Shown: piece by piece, positions 46,790 to 55,149 of the stretch | How positions within the stretch are numbered: the stretch's first letter is position 1 | Layout of the letters: every line of letters begins with the position of its first letter | NCBI GenBank assembly: GCA_964623205.1 | Contig: CAZUQX010000001.1 | Location: 153,954-217,953 of the forward strand | Direction of reading: 5' to 3' | Origin: an uncultured Candidatus Bathyarchaeia archaeon | GTDB taxonomy: Archaea > Thermoproteota > Bathyarchaeia > Bathyarchaeales > Bathyarchaeaceae | Length of the DNA: 64,000 bases | Made by a program: the position numbers and the translations under genes | The notes under the pieces: generated by a model | What the model was told of the DNA's origin: nothing | The model's input: the letters and a program-made list of their open reading frames with translations, nothing else | Database searches by the model: none

Positions 46790-48568
46790 CTAAGCCGCCC
46801 AAAAAGGGGACTCGAGCCTCATAATCTCTATAAACTCATTCAACACTCCAACTTCTTCAGGAGTCAAACGATCTTGAAACTTTGTCAACAAAACCTTTGC
46901 GTGAGCTTCAGGCACCCTAACATAAAAGACATCTCCCTCATGGATGTGGCGACCCACGACGGTTTTGTTCAACGAAACGGCTACCTGCAACCCAACATTA
47001 GCTTCTGATACCGCTTTTCCGCGGTCCTGAATCTGCAGAATCTCTCCAACGTTCCGCCCATCTTCCTTAACAAGAACATATTTTGGTTTGATTCGCCCCG
47101 CCAAAATTTCGACGCCAATAACTGCGGGTTTCGCTTTCCTGAAAACGTAACCTGGGAGAAACTTCACTTTGCCCGGTTTTACTAATCTGTCGAATTCTTC
47201 TCCAAGTCGGGTCTCCTCCTCTTTTTTCACCCACTGAAGGTATTCGTCGATTAGGTGGTAGATGATTTTGTGCTTAAAAATGGGAATATCGCGATTTCTT
47301 GCCTCCTCCTCGGCGTCTGGCAACACCTTAACATTGAAGGCTAAAATAACTCCATTAAGGGGTTCTCGCTCTTTAACCACGACAGCTTCAGTGACGTCAC
47401 GTTTAGAGACATCCCCAACATCCGCCACCTTTATCTGAACATTGTTTCGTTTCAAACTCTCGGCAATCGCCTCAAGCGACCCTAAGGCGTCAGTTTTCAA
47501 AACAACGCCATCCACATCGGTGGCAATCTTGATTTTCTCAACCTCTTCAGAAACCAAATCCACATACTCTTCAAGACGAGTTCCAGAGGGAACAGCATAC
47601 AAAGGCGCACCAGCCAAGGCTTCCTCAAGATTTGGCGCTGCAATCTTTATTCCAGCCGCAGCCGAAACAGAATCAACCGAGGAAAATTTGTCTCGAGGGT
47701 CTCTTATCTCATCCAATGGCTTAGGCAGGAGGATTGCGCGAATGTTGGTTGCAATCGGTTTTTCTTTGGCGCCAACCACTATTAGGTCGCCCTTTTGAAG
47801 TATGCCGTCGTAAATAATCACGTTGATAGTAATACCTAGACCTGGTTCCTCTTTAACTTCCAATACGGTTCCCTTCGCCGGTCCCTCTGTTGTCTTGAGT
47901 CTGGATTGCAGATACTGCTGGGTCAGGCCCACGAGAACAGCTAAGAGTTCGGGTATGCCCTCTCCGGTTTTGGCGCTTGTGGGGACGATGGCGATTGTTT
48001 TGGTGAAATCTGTTACGTTGTCGAACCGGTCGGCTCTGAAGCCCACTCTGGAAAAAGTTCCCATAATCCTGTATAGATGTTCATCTAGCTCTTGACGAAC
48101 GAAGGGATCTTGGTCTCGATAAGCGGCTGAAAAAGTTGTCCCAGAGTTGGATTTCCATCCGGGTACGCGATCAATTTTGTTTGCCGCCACAAGGAAGGGA
48201 GTTTTTCTCTCTTTCAGAATATCAATACACTCATAAGTCTGAGCTTCAAATCCTCTGAGAACGTCAACTACAAGAATCGCAATATCTGCTGCTGCACCCC
48301 CTCTCTTTCTCAAGTTGGCGAAGGCTTCGTGACCTGGTGTATCGATGACAAGCAGTCCTGGAATTTCCACGTTCGTTTTTAATCCTTTCAGCAGGGGTCC
48401 ACAGATTTTGGTGAGGGTCTTTACGGGAAAGAAACTTGCGCCGATGTGTTGGGTGATGCCTCCGACTTCGCGGGCTTGAACCGTGCTTTTTCTGATCTTA
48501 TCGAGAAGCAGAGTCTTTCCAGTGTCTATGTGACCTAGGACAGAGACGATGGGTTGTCTTATGGGCAT
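46790..48568 (-). CDS. infB: translation initiation factor aIF5B (IF-2)
   Basis: PIVSVLGHIDTGKTLLLDKIR, DTPGHEAF and ANKIDR GTPase motifs. 592 aa. Confidence 0.92.
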   Translation of the reverse strand: MPIRQPIVSVLGHIDTGKTLLLDKIRKSTVQAREVGGITQHIGASFFPVKTLTKICGPLLKGLKTNVEIPGLLVIDTPGHEAFANLRKRGGAAADIAILVVDVLRGFEAQTYECIDILKERKTPFLVAANKIDRVPGWKSNSGTTFSAAYRDQDPFVRQELDEHLYRIMGTFSRVGFRADRFDNVTDFTKTIAIVPTSAKTGEGIPELLAVLVGLTQQYLQSRLKTTEGPAKGTVLEVKEEPGLGITINVIIYDGILQKGDLIVVGAKEKPIATNIRAILLPKPLDEIRDPRDKFSSVDSVSAAAGIKIAAPNLEEALAGAPLYAVPSGTRLEEYVDLVSEEVEKIKIATDVDGVVLKTDALGSLEAIAESLKRNNVQIKVADVGDVSKRDVTEAVVVKEREPLNGVILAFNVKVLPDAEEEARNRDIPIFKHKIIYHLIDEYLQWVKKEEETRLGEEFDRLVKPGKVKFLPGYVFRKAKPAVIGVEILAGRIKPKYVLVKEDGRNVGEILQIQDRGKAVSEANVGLQVAVSLNKTVVGRHIHEGDVFYVRVPEAHAKVLLTKFQDRLTPEEVGVLNEFIEIMRLESPFWAA

Positions 48569-48658
48569 GGGTCTTTCTCCTCGGTAATTGGGTAAACGGC
48601 GGCTTTTAGGTTCTACCCTGATTTATGGACAAAGAGAATAAAGGCCTGCTGGCACAGA

Positions 48659-49315
48659 TTAATTTTCTGAAATTAACTGAGCCTCAAGATGTTTTTCGCA
48701 TTGAGAGATTATTTTGTCAATTTCTTCGATGTTGTAATGGGCGTCAACATCGACTAGTAATCCCTTTTTTCGGAGATAGTCAATAACTGGCTTTGTTTTT
48801 TCCCGGTACACCACTAACCTGTTCTTGATGATTTGCGGCTTCTCATCTGAGCGTTGGATAAGTTTTCCCCTGCAACGATCGCATACTCCCTCAACCTTTG
48901 GAGGCACATTCTTTATGTGGTATATGGCTCCGCATTTACTGCAAGTTCTTCGTCCACCAATTCTGGACATTATAACCTCGTCAGGAGCAACAAAATTCAA
49001 TGCAACATCAATTTTCTTGAATTTTCCCATGGCTTCTGCTTGAGCAACCGTTCTAGGATAACCGTCAAGGAGAAAACCCCCTTTACAGTCATCCTCTTGG
49101 AGTCTATTCTTCACTAATTCGATAACTATTTCATCTGGAACAAGGTCACCGCTGGATACGTAATTTTTTATCCTTTTTCCTAGTTCAGTTTCATCTTTTA
49201 TTGCTCTGCGGAACAGGTCTCCCACCGAGATTTTTGGGATATTGTATTTGTGTGAAAGAAATTCAGCGTAGGTTCCCTTGCCTACCCCCGGGGCACCGAG
49301 TATAACGATATTCAT
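48659..49315 (-). CDS. adk: adenylate kinase, long-lid bacterial/eukaryal type with Cys4 zinc lid
   Basis: MNIVILGAPGVGKGT P-loop, GFLLDGYPRT, and the lid CSKCGAIYH...CDRCRGKL. Confidence 0.88.
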   Translation of the reverse strand: MNIVILGAPGVGKGTYAEFLSHKYNIPKISVGDLFRRAIKDETELGKRIKNYVSSGDLVPDEIVIELVKNRLQEDDCKGGFLLDGYPRTVAQAEAMGKFKKIDVALNFVAPDEVIMSRIGGRRTCSKCGAIYHIKNVPPKVEGVCDRCRGKLIQRSDEKPQIIKNRLVVYREKTKPVIDYLRKKGLLVDVDAHYNIEEIDKIISQCEKHLEAQLISEN

Positions 49316-49358
49316 GATTTCACCAACTCTTCATGGATCTGGAGATGTATTTCGTCGG

Positions 49359-49556
49359 TTAGGCTTTTCCTTTCTCTTCCTTTCCGAAATAGTTTGTCCA
49401 CCTAATCTTTCGAGAGTCGCGCTTTAAGTTGAGGGAACTTTTTCTGCACTTGCTGGAGCAGAAATACAGAATGGTCCCGTCGTTCCTGACGTACATCATG
49501 CCGGTGCCTGATGAAAACTCGTCTCCGCAAAAAGAACAGTTTCTGGACTTTGGCAC
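49359..49556 (-). CDS. rpl24e: ribosomal protein eL24
   Basis: CSFCGDEFSSGTGMMYVRNDGTILYFCSSKCRK. Confidence 0.9.
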   Translation of the reverse strand: MPKSRNCSFCGDEFSSGTGMMYVRNDGTILYFCSSKCRKSSLNLKRDSRKIRWTNYFGKEEKGKA

Positions 49557-49568
49557 TGGCTATCCTCC

Positions 49569-49790
49569 TTATCTTCTGAGTTTTTTTGCTTCCCGTTCAG
49601 TCTCCCGTAGAACGAGAATATCGTTGGTCCGCACCGGACCTTTCACGTTCCTTGTTATGATACGCCCTTTGTCTCCTCCTTCGAGGACTCGGACCCTAAC
49701 TTGGGTAATCTCCCCAGTGAGTCCTGTTCGACCAACGACTTGAATAACTTCGGCAGGAACTAGCTCATCTTCTGCCTCTTTCTTGCTCAT
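49569..49790 (-). CDS. rps28e: ribosomal protein eS28
   Basis: [43 protein letters not shown]. Confidence 0.9.
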   Translation of the reverse strand: MSKKEAEDELVPAEVIQVVGRTGLTGEITQVRVRVLEGGDKGRIITRNVKGPVRTNDILVLRETEREAKKLRR

Positions 49791-50173
49791 TCACTAGAGC
49801 CCTTCTTTTTCAGTTCCTCAATTCGGCTGGAGATTTCCTTTATCAGAGACACTGCTTCGCCAACCCCACTGATGGCGGCTGAAGCCGAGGGGACATCTAT
49901 CCCTGAGGAAACGCCGAGTTTTTCTTTGCTGGGTACAAATATGTAGGGAATTTTGCGTTCCTCGCAGAGGAGAGGGAGATGAGCCACAACTTCTGGGGGA
50001 TCCACGTCTTCTGCTATAACTACGAGTTTTGCTTGTCCCCTTTCTACAGCTTTTGTTGTTTCGTTTGTGCCTATTCTAACAGACCCGGTTCGATTGGCTA
50101 TTTGCAGGGCTTCATAGGCTGCATCTGCCACCTCGTTGGGAACCTCAAATTTTGCGTAAAATGGTTTTGACAT
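49787..50173 (-). CDS. rpl7ae: ribosomal protein L7Ae (K-turn binding)
   Basis: [51 protein letters not shown] 50173 is preceded by GGGTGAGG. The ORF track extends to GTG 50182. Confidence 0.92.
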   Translation of the reverse strand: MSKPFYAKFEVPNEVADAAYEALQIANRTGSVRIGTNETTKAVERGQAKLVVIAEDVDPPEVVAHLPLLCEERKIPYIFVPSKEKLGVSSGIDVPSASAAISGVGEAVSLIKEISSRIEELKKKGSSE

Positions 50174-50180
50174 ACGCCTC

Positions 50181-50218
50181 ACCCTTTTTTTAAGTGCAGA
50201 GTTTATCAGCGAAAGGGT
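50181..50218 (-). promoter_or_regulatory. hairpin in the rpl7ae leader that includes part of the Shine-Dalgarno sequence
   Basis: mRNA sense ACCCUUU-(24 nt containing CUGAU)-AAAGGGU, then GAGG and, 4 nt later, the AUG. 7-bp perfect stem. Confidence 0.4.
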
Positions 50219-50621
50219 TTATGAATGTTTCGACCTGAAAGCCTTCACCATGAACATCTGCACGCAAGTTTTCCCTTTGTAGCACATAATTAGTGCTCTC
50301 ACCATAGCCTGTACCACGCCACCCTGGAAAGATCGAATTTTGGATATCTCATTATGAGATGTGTAGATATGGGATTTACGCGTGCAGAGCAGGCTTCATC
50401 TCGGTGAGAGCAATCACGGATACAGTTCAAATCAGTAATAAATCTTATGAAGCCAAAAACTCAATTAATTGTTCCACAAAACATCCTATTTTTTGTATGT
50501 CCTAACTAAGCTTATGCGAAATGTAACATGAGCATTGACAAAATACAATTTCGAAAATTAGAAGATTTAAATAGAAATGATTAAGTTGTGCGTTTGGTTG
50601 GATAAAAGGGTGGGTAGAAGG

Positions 50622-50798
50622 ATGGATGTGGAAAAGGCTAAGCCTCTTGTTGAAGAATTCATTCGCAGTTACCTTAGGGAGAATGAATGTGTCTATCCTA
50701 GCGATGTTGCTGACGAACTCGGACTTGAATACGACCTAGTTAGGCAAGTATTTGCGGTCCTAGAGAAAGAAGAAAAACTCTGTAAGCAGTGTGAATAA
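50622..50798 (+). CDS. small winged-helix-like protein
   Basis: MDVEKAKPLVEEFIRSYLRENECVYPSDVADELGLEYDLVRQVFAVLEKEEKL is a wHTH-like pattern. The ORF track starts at 50577. Confidence 0.4.
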   Translation: MDVEKAKPLVEEFIRSYLRENECVYPSDVADELGLEYDLVRQVFAVLEKEEKLCKQCE

Positions 50799-50799
50799 C

Positions 50800-50997
50800 A
50801 TGTCAAAAACATTCTTGAAATACTACGACAACGAAAGCGACGCCATTAGAGGTAAAAGAATCGTCATTGAAGCACGCAAGTTTGGGAAACTAAGAGTTTT
50901 TGGAGATAGAACTTCACGCCATAAAGGCCAAAGATTAACGGCAGACAACGCAATCGCATGGATAGAACGAGGCTACGTTGCAGGCAAAAAACTCTAA
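50800..50997 (+). CDS. small basic hypothetical protein
   Basis: 65 aa. The ATG lies 1 nt after the preceding stop. Confidence 0.35.
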   Translation: MSKTFLKYYDNESDAIRGKRIVIEARKFGKLRVFGDRTSRHKGQRLTADNAIAWIERGYVAGKKL

Positions 50998-51115
50998 TGA
51001 TGTATTTTGGAGTTAAACTAACCCTCTTTGAGTGTTTCTTGGGCTAGGCGTTGCTGTAGCTACCTAAATCAATAAATCTATTTCTTGAACTAACTTCTAT
51101 GTGGCGGTGATGTAG

Positions 51116-51361
51116 TTGGACCTATTGAACATTTACCTGCTAAACCTCGTAGTTACCCTTGCCATGTTCATTGTGCTGGTATTCCGAGCATGGGTAGAAC
51201 ACAAAAACTACAGACTAATGTGGAAAGAACTGGAGTGGAGAAGAACCTGCGAAAACGTGGGAAAGATTCTGAAAGCCGAAAAGAATCTCTTCACCAAAGT
51301 TGAGGGCGGTGAAGAACTCTACGAAATGCTTCGTGAACTGTTTCAATGCAAAGAAGAATAA
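51116..51361 (+). CDS. small single-TM protein
   Basis: 81 aa with an N-terminal TM helix (LLNLVVTLAMFIVLVF). Confidence 0.35.
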   Translation: MDLLNIYLLNLVVTLAMFIVLVFRAWVEHKNYRLMWKELEWRRTCENVGKILKAEKNLFTKVEGGEELYEMLRELFQCKEE

Positions 51362-51491
51362 AATCCCCCATCATTCCTCTAAGGACGCACACTCTACCCT
51401 AACTACTCTGCTCTATTAGTCTCCAAATATGACGGCTGGCGTTGTGTGTAGTTTTGTGTAAAAAAAGGAGGAGAGGGGGTGAATTGGGTTG

Positions 51492-51716
51492 TTACTCTCT
51501 TTGAACGGCTGCCCCGAGTACTACGGCGCTAGATAATAGTGCGGCAGAAAATACAGCCCAGTTGGCTTCGAGACCCTCCAAGCCAATCAAAGAAGCGCCG
51601 GTCTTCACTATCAATAGAAATATCATGAAAAACACTAGCCCCAGTAGGATGAAAACTACTGCCGAGAGTACTGCAAACATGGTTGCCCTGGCAATCCCTT
51701 TCACTTGTTGAGCCAT
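51492..51716 (-). CDS. small two-TM protein
   Basis: 74 aa with two hydrophobic helices. The alternative overlapping frame (51529..51750) is less membrane-like. Confidence 0.35.
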   Translation of the reverse strand: MAQQVKGIARATMFAVLSAVVFILLGLVFFMIFLLIVKTGASLIGLEGLEANWAVFSAALLSSAVVLGAAVQRE

Positions 51717-51823
51717 TTCTCTTTCCCTTCCGTTTTGTTATTGGTTTCAATTTTTATATAACAATTGCCATAGGTTAAGCGCACAGAATGTATGTTTTGA
51801 GAAGAATCGCGGGTTCTCGTGTT

Positions 51824-52108
51824 CTAGGGTTCAAGCTTTGGAGCTTTTAGGTAGATGTGAAGTTGTCCCTTTTTGACTTTCAGCTTTATCGTTTTGCCTA
51901 TGCTATCTAACGCAGATATTGCGAGTAAGTTTATTATTCCGCCTTTTCTAGTGCCCAAGGCTAGTTCAGCAGCGTCCTTAGAGAGTTCAACTTCAAGGTG
52001 AGTGATCTTCATTTTGCTTGGGTCTATTATGATTTCTTTCACTTCGCCCACGGTCAGATCTTCGCACATGACTTTCTTGTCGAGAATTTTCCTGCTTTTA
52101 ATCGACAC
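51824..52108 (-). CDS. PRC-barrel-like protein
   Basis: VMCEDLTVGEVKEIIIDPSKMKITHLEV resembles the PRC-barrel pattern. Confidence 0.4.
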   Translation of the reverse strand: MSIKSRKILDKKVMCEDLTVGEVKEIIIDPSKMKITHLEVELSKDAAELALGTRKGGIINLLAISALDSIGKTIKLKVKKGQLHIYLKAPKLEP

Positions 52109-52165
52109 CTAAATCACCAATTATTACGTATTATACTCTGAAATGTATAAAATTTGTGACATACA

Positions 52166-53491
52166 CTACCAACTTAGTGGTTGACAAGTACTGACTTCTC
52201 CTGTGTCAGCCCACAATCCAATTGCAAGTCGGTCAACCCGGTCAGGGTAAACTCTATCAAGATATATAGTAACGTACCAATAAGGTACTAATGCTAATGG
52301 TTCTTCTCTAGAATGTGGATACAACTCTGCTAATACAGGCTCTGAAAGTAACGTGAAATTATTTATTTCTACGCCGTTTACTGTCCACGAGTAATTCGTT
52401 GCGTAATCCATTGCAATGTTTATGGCTTCTTCCCTTGATACATTTACTTCCGTACTACCCACATTGAAAAGAGACCAGTCATCACTGAGTATCTCCAAAA
52501 ACCCATAATCATCAAAGCTTAAGACTACACTTTTTGCTTGAAAGTCAATATTATTGGACGTGCATACCCACTGGATTTTCACTTTTTTTCCTTCAGTGGA
52601 CATTATAAGTTTCACGTTGCCCGATGTTGTTTCAAAGTCATCGATTTCATTAGTCGTCTCCAACATGTTTCTCATCACTTCCAAATGTGAGGCTCCAGAA
52701 TATTCTTGGTACCTCTCAAGAAGAGCCTTAGCTGCATCAAGGATATTGGTAGGCTGTAATTGAGAGTAAAATGGTGCACCTTCAAGCACGTATAGATAGT
52801 ACCGAGACAGAGTACTGTTTCTAAATCTAAGAGTCACATCCACCTTGCTACCCTCACAGTTGAGGGTGTATTTCAAAATCTCCTCAACGATGCCACCCAA
52901 ATCAGAACGATACTCTATGGTGCTACTTGCTAGTGCTGCAGAATATCTTGTCATATCAAGATGAATTACATCTTGCAGAAAGGTCAACACCTTGGCTGGG
53001 GACATACCCCAAGATAATAATCGTTCATTGTCTGCCGATACTTGTTCAAACTCTGTTTCCAGTAGCTCATAATCCGTGGAGATTTGCTGATAATCTGAGG
53101 ATAACTTGTTTAACGCCATATATTGCGCATAAGATACTCCTGCTAAAATGACAACCCCAATCATTAGAACCGCAAAAAAGGATTTCCACTTGATGGATAA
53201 TGATAATAGGTTTTTTGGCTGGGTGTCAGGCGTCTCTTCCACTCCCCTCATCGTTAGCACAGCCGCTTCTCCGAAAGTGGAGAGCTTGTATCTTCCATCA
53301 TCCATTTTCGTTACTAGTTCTCCGAGGTTTTCAAGGTGATAGGTTAAATGGGAGCTGGAGATTCCAAGCGCCTCTAGGATTCCTGAGAAGTTACTTGGTT
53401 TCTTTGAAAGCATTCTAAGAATCTTACGTCGGGCTGGATGCTTCAAAGATGAAAACATAATCGAATATGGTTCTTCCCCTATTTCTGACAT
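52166..53491 (-). CDS. membrane-tethered ArsR-type wHTH regulator with extracytoplasmic PepSY-like domains
   Basis: The N-terminus is HPARRKILRMLSKKPSNFSGILEALGISSSHLTYHLENLGELV. One TM helix follows (FFAVLMIGVVILAGV). The roughly 310-aa C-terminal domain contains VSREEAINIAMDYA. Confidence 0.65.
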   Translation of the reverse strand: MSEIGEEPYSIMFSSLKHPARRKILRMLSKKPSNFSGILEALGISSSHLTYHLENLGELVTKMDDGRYKLSTFGEAAVLTMRGVEETPDTQPKNLLSLSIKWKSFFAVLMIGVVILAGVSYAQYMALNKLSSDYQQISTDYELLETEFEQVSADNERLLSWGMSPAKVLTFLQDVIHLDMTRYSAALASSTIEYRSDLGGIVEEILKYTLNCEGSKVDVTLRFRNSTLSRYYLYVLEGAPFYSQLQPTNILDAAKALLERYQEYSGASHLEVMRNMLETTNEIDDFETTSGNVKLIMSTEGKKVKIQWVCTSNNIDFQAKSVVLSFDDYGFLEILSDDWSLFNVGSTEVNVSREEAINIAMDYATNYSWTVNGVEINNFTLLSEPVLAELYPHSREEPLALVPYWYVTIYLDRVYPDRVDRLAIGLWADTGEVSTCQPLSW

Positions 53492-53542
53492 TAGATTAAC
53501 TCCCCAACCATACTATAGCAAAACGATGTAAGTAAATCTTTT

Positions 53543-53605
53543 TAGTCAAGAAACCTTGACTAAACTGTGTAGAACGTATCAGTCAATAGTCAAGAAACCT
53601 TGACA
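53543..53605. promoter_or_regulatory. two copies of the palindromic 18-mer TAGTCAAGAAACCTTGAC (candidate operators)
   Basis: Copies at 53543-53560 and 53587-53604. Each is GTCAAG-n4-CTTGAC. They lie in the 166-nt divergent spacer between the ArsR-like gene and the small-peptide/rSAM genes. Confidence 0.6.
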
Positions 53606-53657
53606 AAAAATCTTTTATGCCATGTTCAACTTAAAGTGAATCGTTAGGGTCTCCAAC

Positions 53658-53819
53658 ATGAAGAAATTCGTATTTATCCCATCTTTGGTCGTGCTATCGC
53701 CTTTCTTAGGTTTCTTAGGGTCAAGTTTACCGATGGAACATAATTATGCACTGTTTGCTGTAGCAGTAGCTGTAGTTGGAGCAGCCCTTCTGGGCTATTT
53801 CGGAAAAATCAAGGTGTGA
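53658..53819 (+). CDS. 53-aa hydrophobic peptide upstream of the radical SAM gene (below the ORF-track cutoff)
   Basis: Manual translation gives MKKFVFIPSLVVLSPFLGFLGSSLPMEHNYALFAVAVAVVGAALLGYFGKIKV. It ends 9 nt before the rSAM ATG. Confidence 0.4.
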   Translation: MKKFVFIPSLVVLSPFLGFLGSSLPMEHNYALFAVAVAVVGAALLGYFGKIKV

Positions 53820-53828
53820 GGAAGTAAC

Positions 53829-54956
53829 ATGAAAGCGAACGAGCGAACTGTGAGGAACAGACCTCTTTTGTACATGATGACTTGGAGATGTACGAGAGCC
53901 TGTAACTATAACTGCTTGTACTGCAGCTTTGCTTCCAACCCCAACGCCGTGAATGAGATTGACACAGAAGGGGGAAAACGCATAGTTGACGACCTCTACG
54001 AGATGGGAGCAAAATGGTTCGGACTAAGTGGTGGAGAGCCTCTTTTACGGAAAGACATTTTCGAGATTATAGCTCACGCCAAGAGCCTTGGTATGAACGT
54101 GAGCCTCATAACAAATGGCTATTATGTTAAGGGAGACATACTTGACAATTTGATTAGAAACGAAGTCATGACCGCTGTAAGCGTTGATGGAAAGGAAGAA
54201 ACAAACGACCTTACACGCGGCAAAGGCTCCTATGCTACGGCTCTTAAAGCTATTAAGAGGCTGTCGAAGGCTGGAATTTTCGATTGCATTGTAACGACCC
54301 TCAACAAACTCAATTACAGAGAGGTGGGTCATATAGCCCAGCTGGGGGAAGAGTATAATGCCACCCGTGTAGTTTATCACAATTATATTCCAGTTGGTAG
54401 AGCCCAGGAGCATCTGGATTTGGCTCCGTCACCCCAGCAATATGAGTGGGTTTGGAACCAAATCTACGACCTCATGCAGGAATACAAAGGAAAAATCGGC
54501 ATCAACGTGTATTGTCCCTTCTTTGCTCGCATCGCAAAAGAACGAGGAATGCCCGACTTCGACTATTGGTTCAACAACGTTTTCCTTGGTCAATGCTTCA
54601 TGGGCGGCAGATACATGGGTCTCCTCGAAAACGGGGACATCAGACCCTGCGGCTTCAACGAAGGCTACAGACTGGGAAACATCCGGAACAAATCTATGAA
54701 GGAAATCTGGACTGAAATGCAAAACTCAGAGTTGCATCGTAAGCTCAGAGATCGCAGTAACTTGAATGGAAAATGTGGTGTATGCGAGTACCGGGAAATT
54801 TGTGGTGGTTGCAGAACCCGAGCGGAAATCTATACTGGGGATCTTTTCGCTTCTGATCCAGCATGCGCATATATTCCTAAACTGCTGCGTGAAACGCGCG
54901 GACCTGACCTTGAAAAAGTCATTTACAGCAAAAGGGAATTTGGGTTACCCCTTTAA
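53829..54956 (+). CDS. radical SAM enzyme with C-terminal SPASM/twitch-type auxiliary cluster domain
   Basis: CNYNCLYC (CX3CX2C), GGEPLL, and the C-terminal CFMGGRYMGLLENGDIRPC ... CGVCEYREICGGC ... C. Confidence 0.8.
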   Translation: MKANERTVRNRPLLYMMTWRCTRACNYNCLYCSFASNPNAVNEIDTEGGKRIVDDLYEMGAKWFGLSGGEPLLRKDIFEIIAHAKSLGMNVSLITNGYYVKGDILDNLIRNEVMTAVSVDGKEETNDLTRGKGSYATALKAIKRLSKAGIFDCIVTTLNKLNYREVGHIAQLGEEYNATRVVYHNYIPVGRAQEHLDLAPSPQQYEWVWNQIYDLMQEYKGKIGINVYCPFFARIAKERGMPDFDYWFNNVFLGQCFMGGRYMGLLENGDIRPCGFNEGYRLGNIRNKSMKEIWTEMQNSELHRKLRDRSNLNGKCGVCEYREICGGCRTRAEIYTGDLFASDPACAYIPKLLRETRGPDLEKVIYSKREFGLPL

Positions 54957-55113
54957 AGGGGGAGGGTGTAAGCTTGTACCCCGCTGCTTTTCATATTTGT
55001 GACTTTGCCGACTAGAATTGCGAGAATTGTTTCTCATCCCGATGGTGTTGGCAGTAAAATGGCGTCTTACCCTTTCTAAACTGAATTAACTTATTAACCC
55101 TAATTTTTTAAAC

Positions 55114-55127
55114 TATACCCTAGTATA
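55114..55127 (+). promoter_or_regulatory. palindrome TATAC-n4-GTATA between a TATA-like box and the 55150 ATG
   Basis: TTTTTTAAA (55104-55112) is followed by TATACCCTAGTATA. A short motif, weak support. Confidence 0.2.
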
Positions 55128-55149
55128 AGCTGTTGATGGTGAGTTATGT

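Noticed and set aside
53543-53605. Repeated 18-mer as a possible mini-CRISPR or MITE end
   Set aside because: There are only two copies. Each is internally palindromic, sits in a divergent promoter region, and has no spacer-like unique units or cas genes. An operator interpretation fits better.
53829-54956. Radical SAM gene as the missing NrdG activase
   Set aside because: It is about 375 aa with a C-terminal SPASM/twitch-type cluster motif. NrdG-type activases are much shorter and lack this domain. It is also separated from nrdD by the 741-aa gene.
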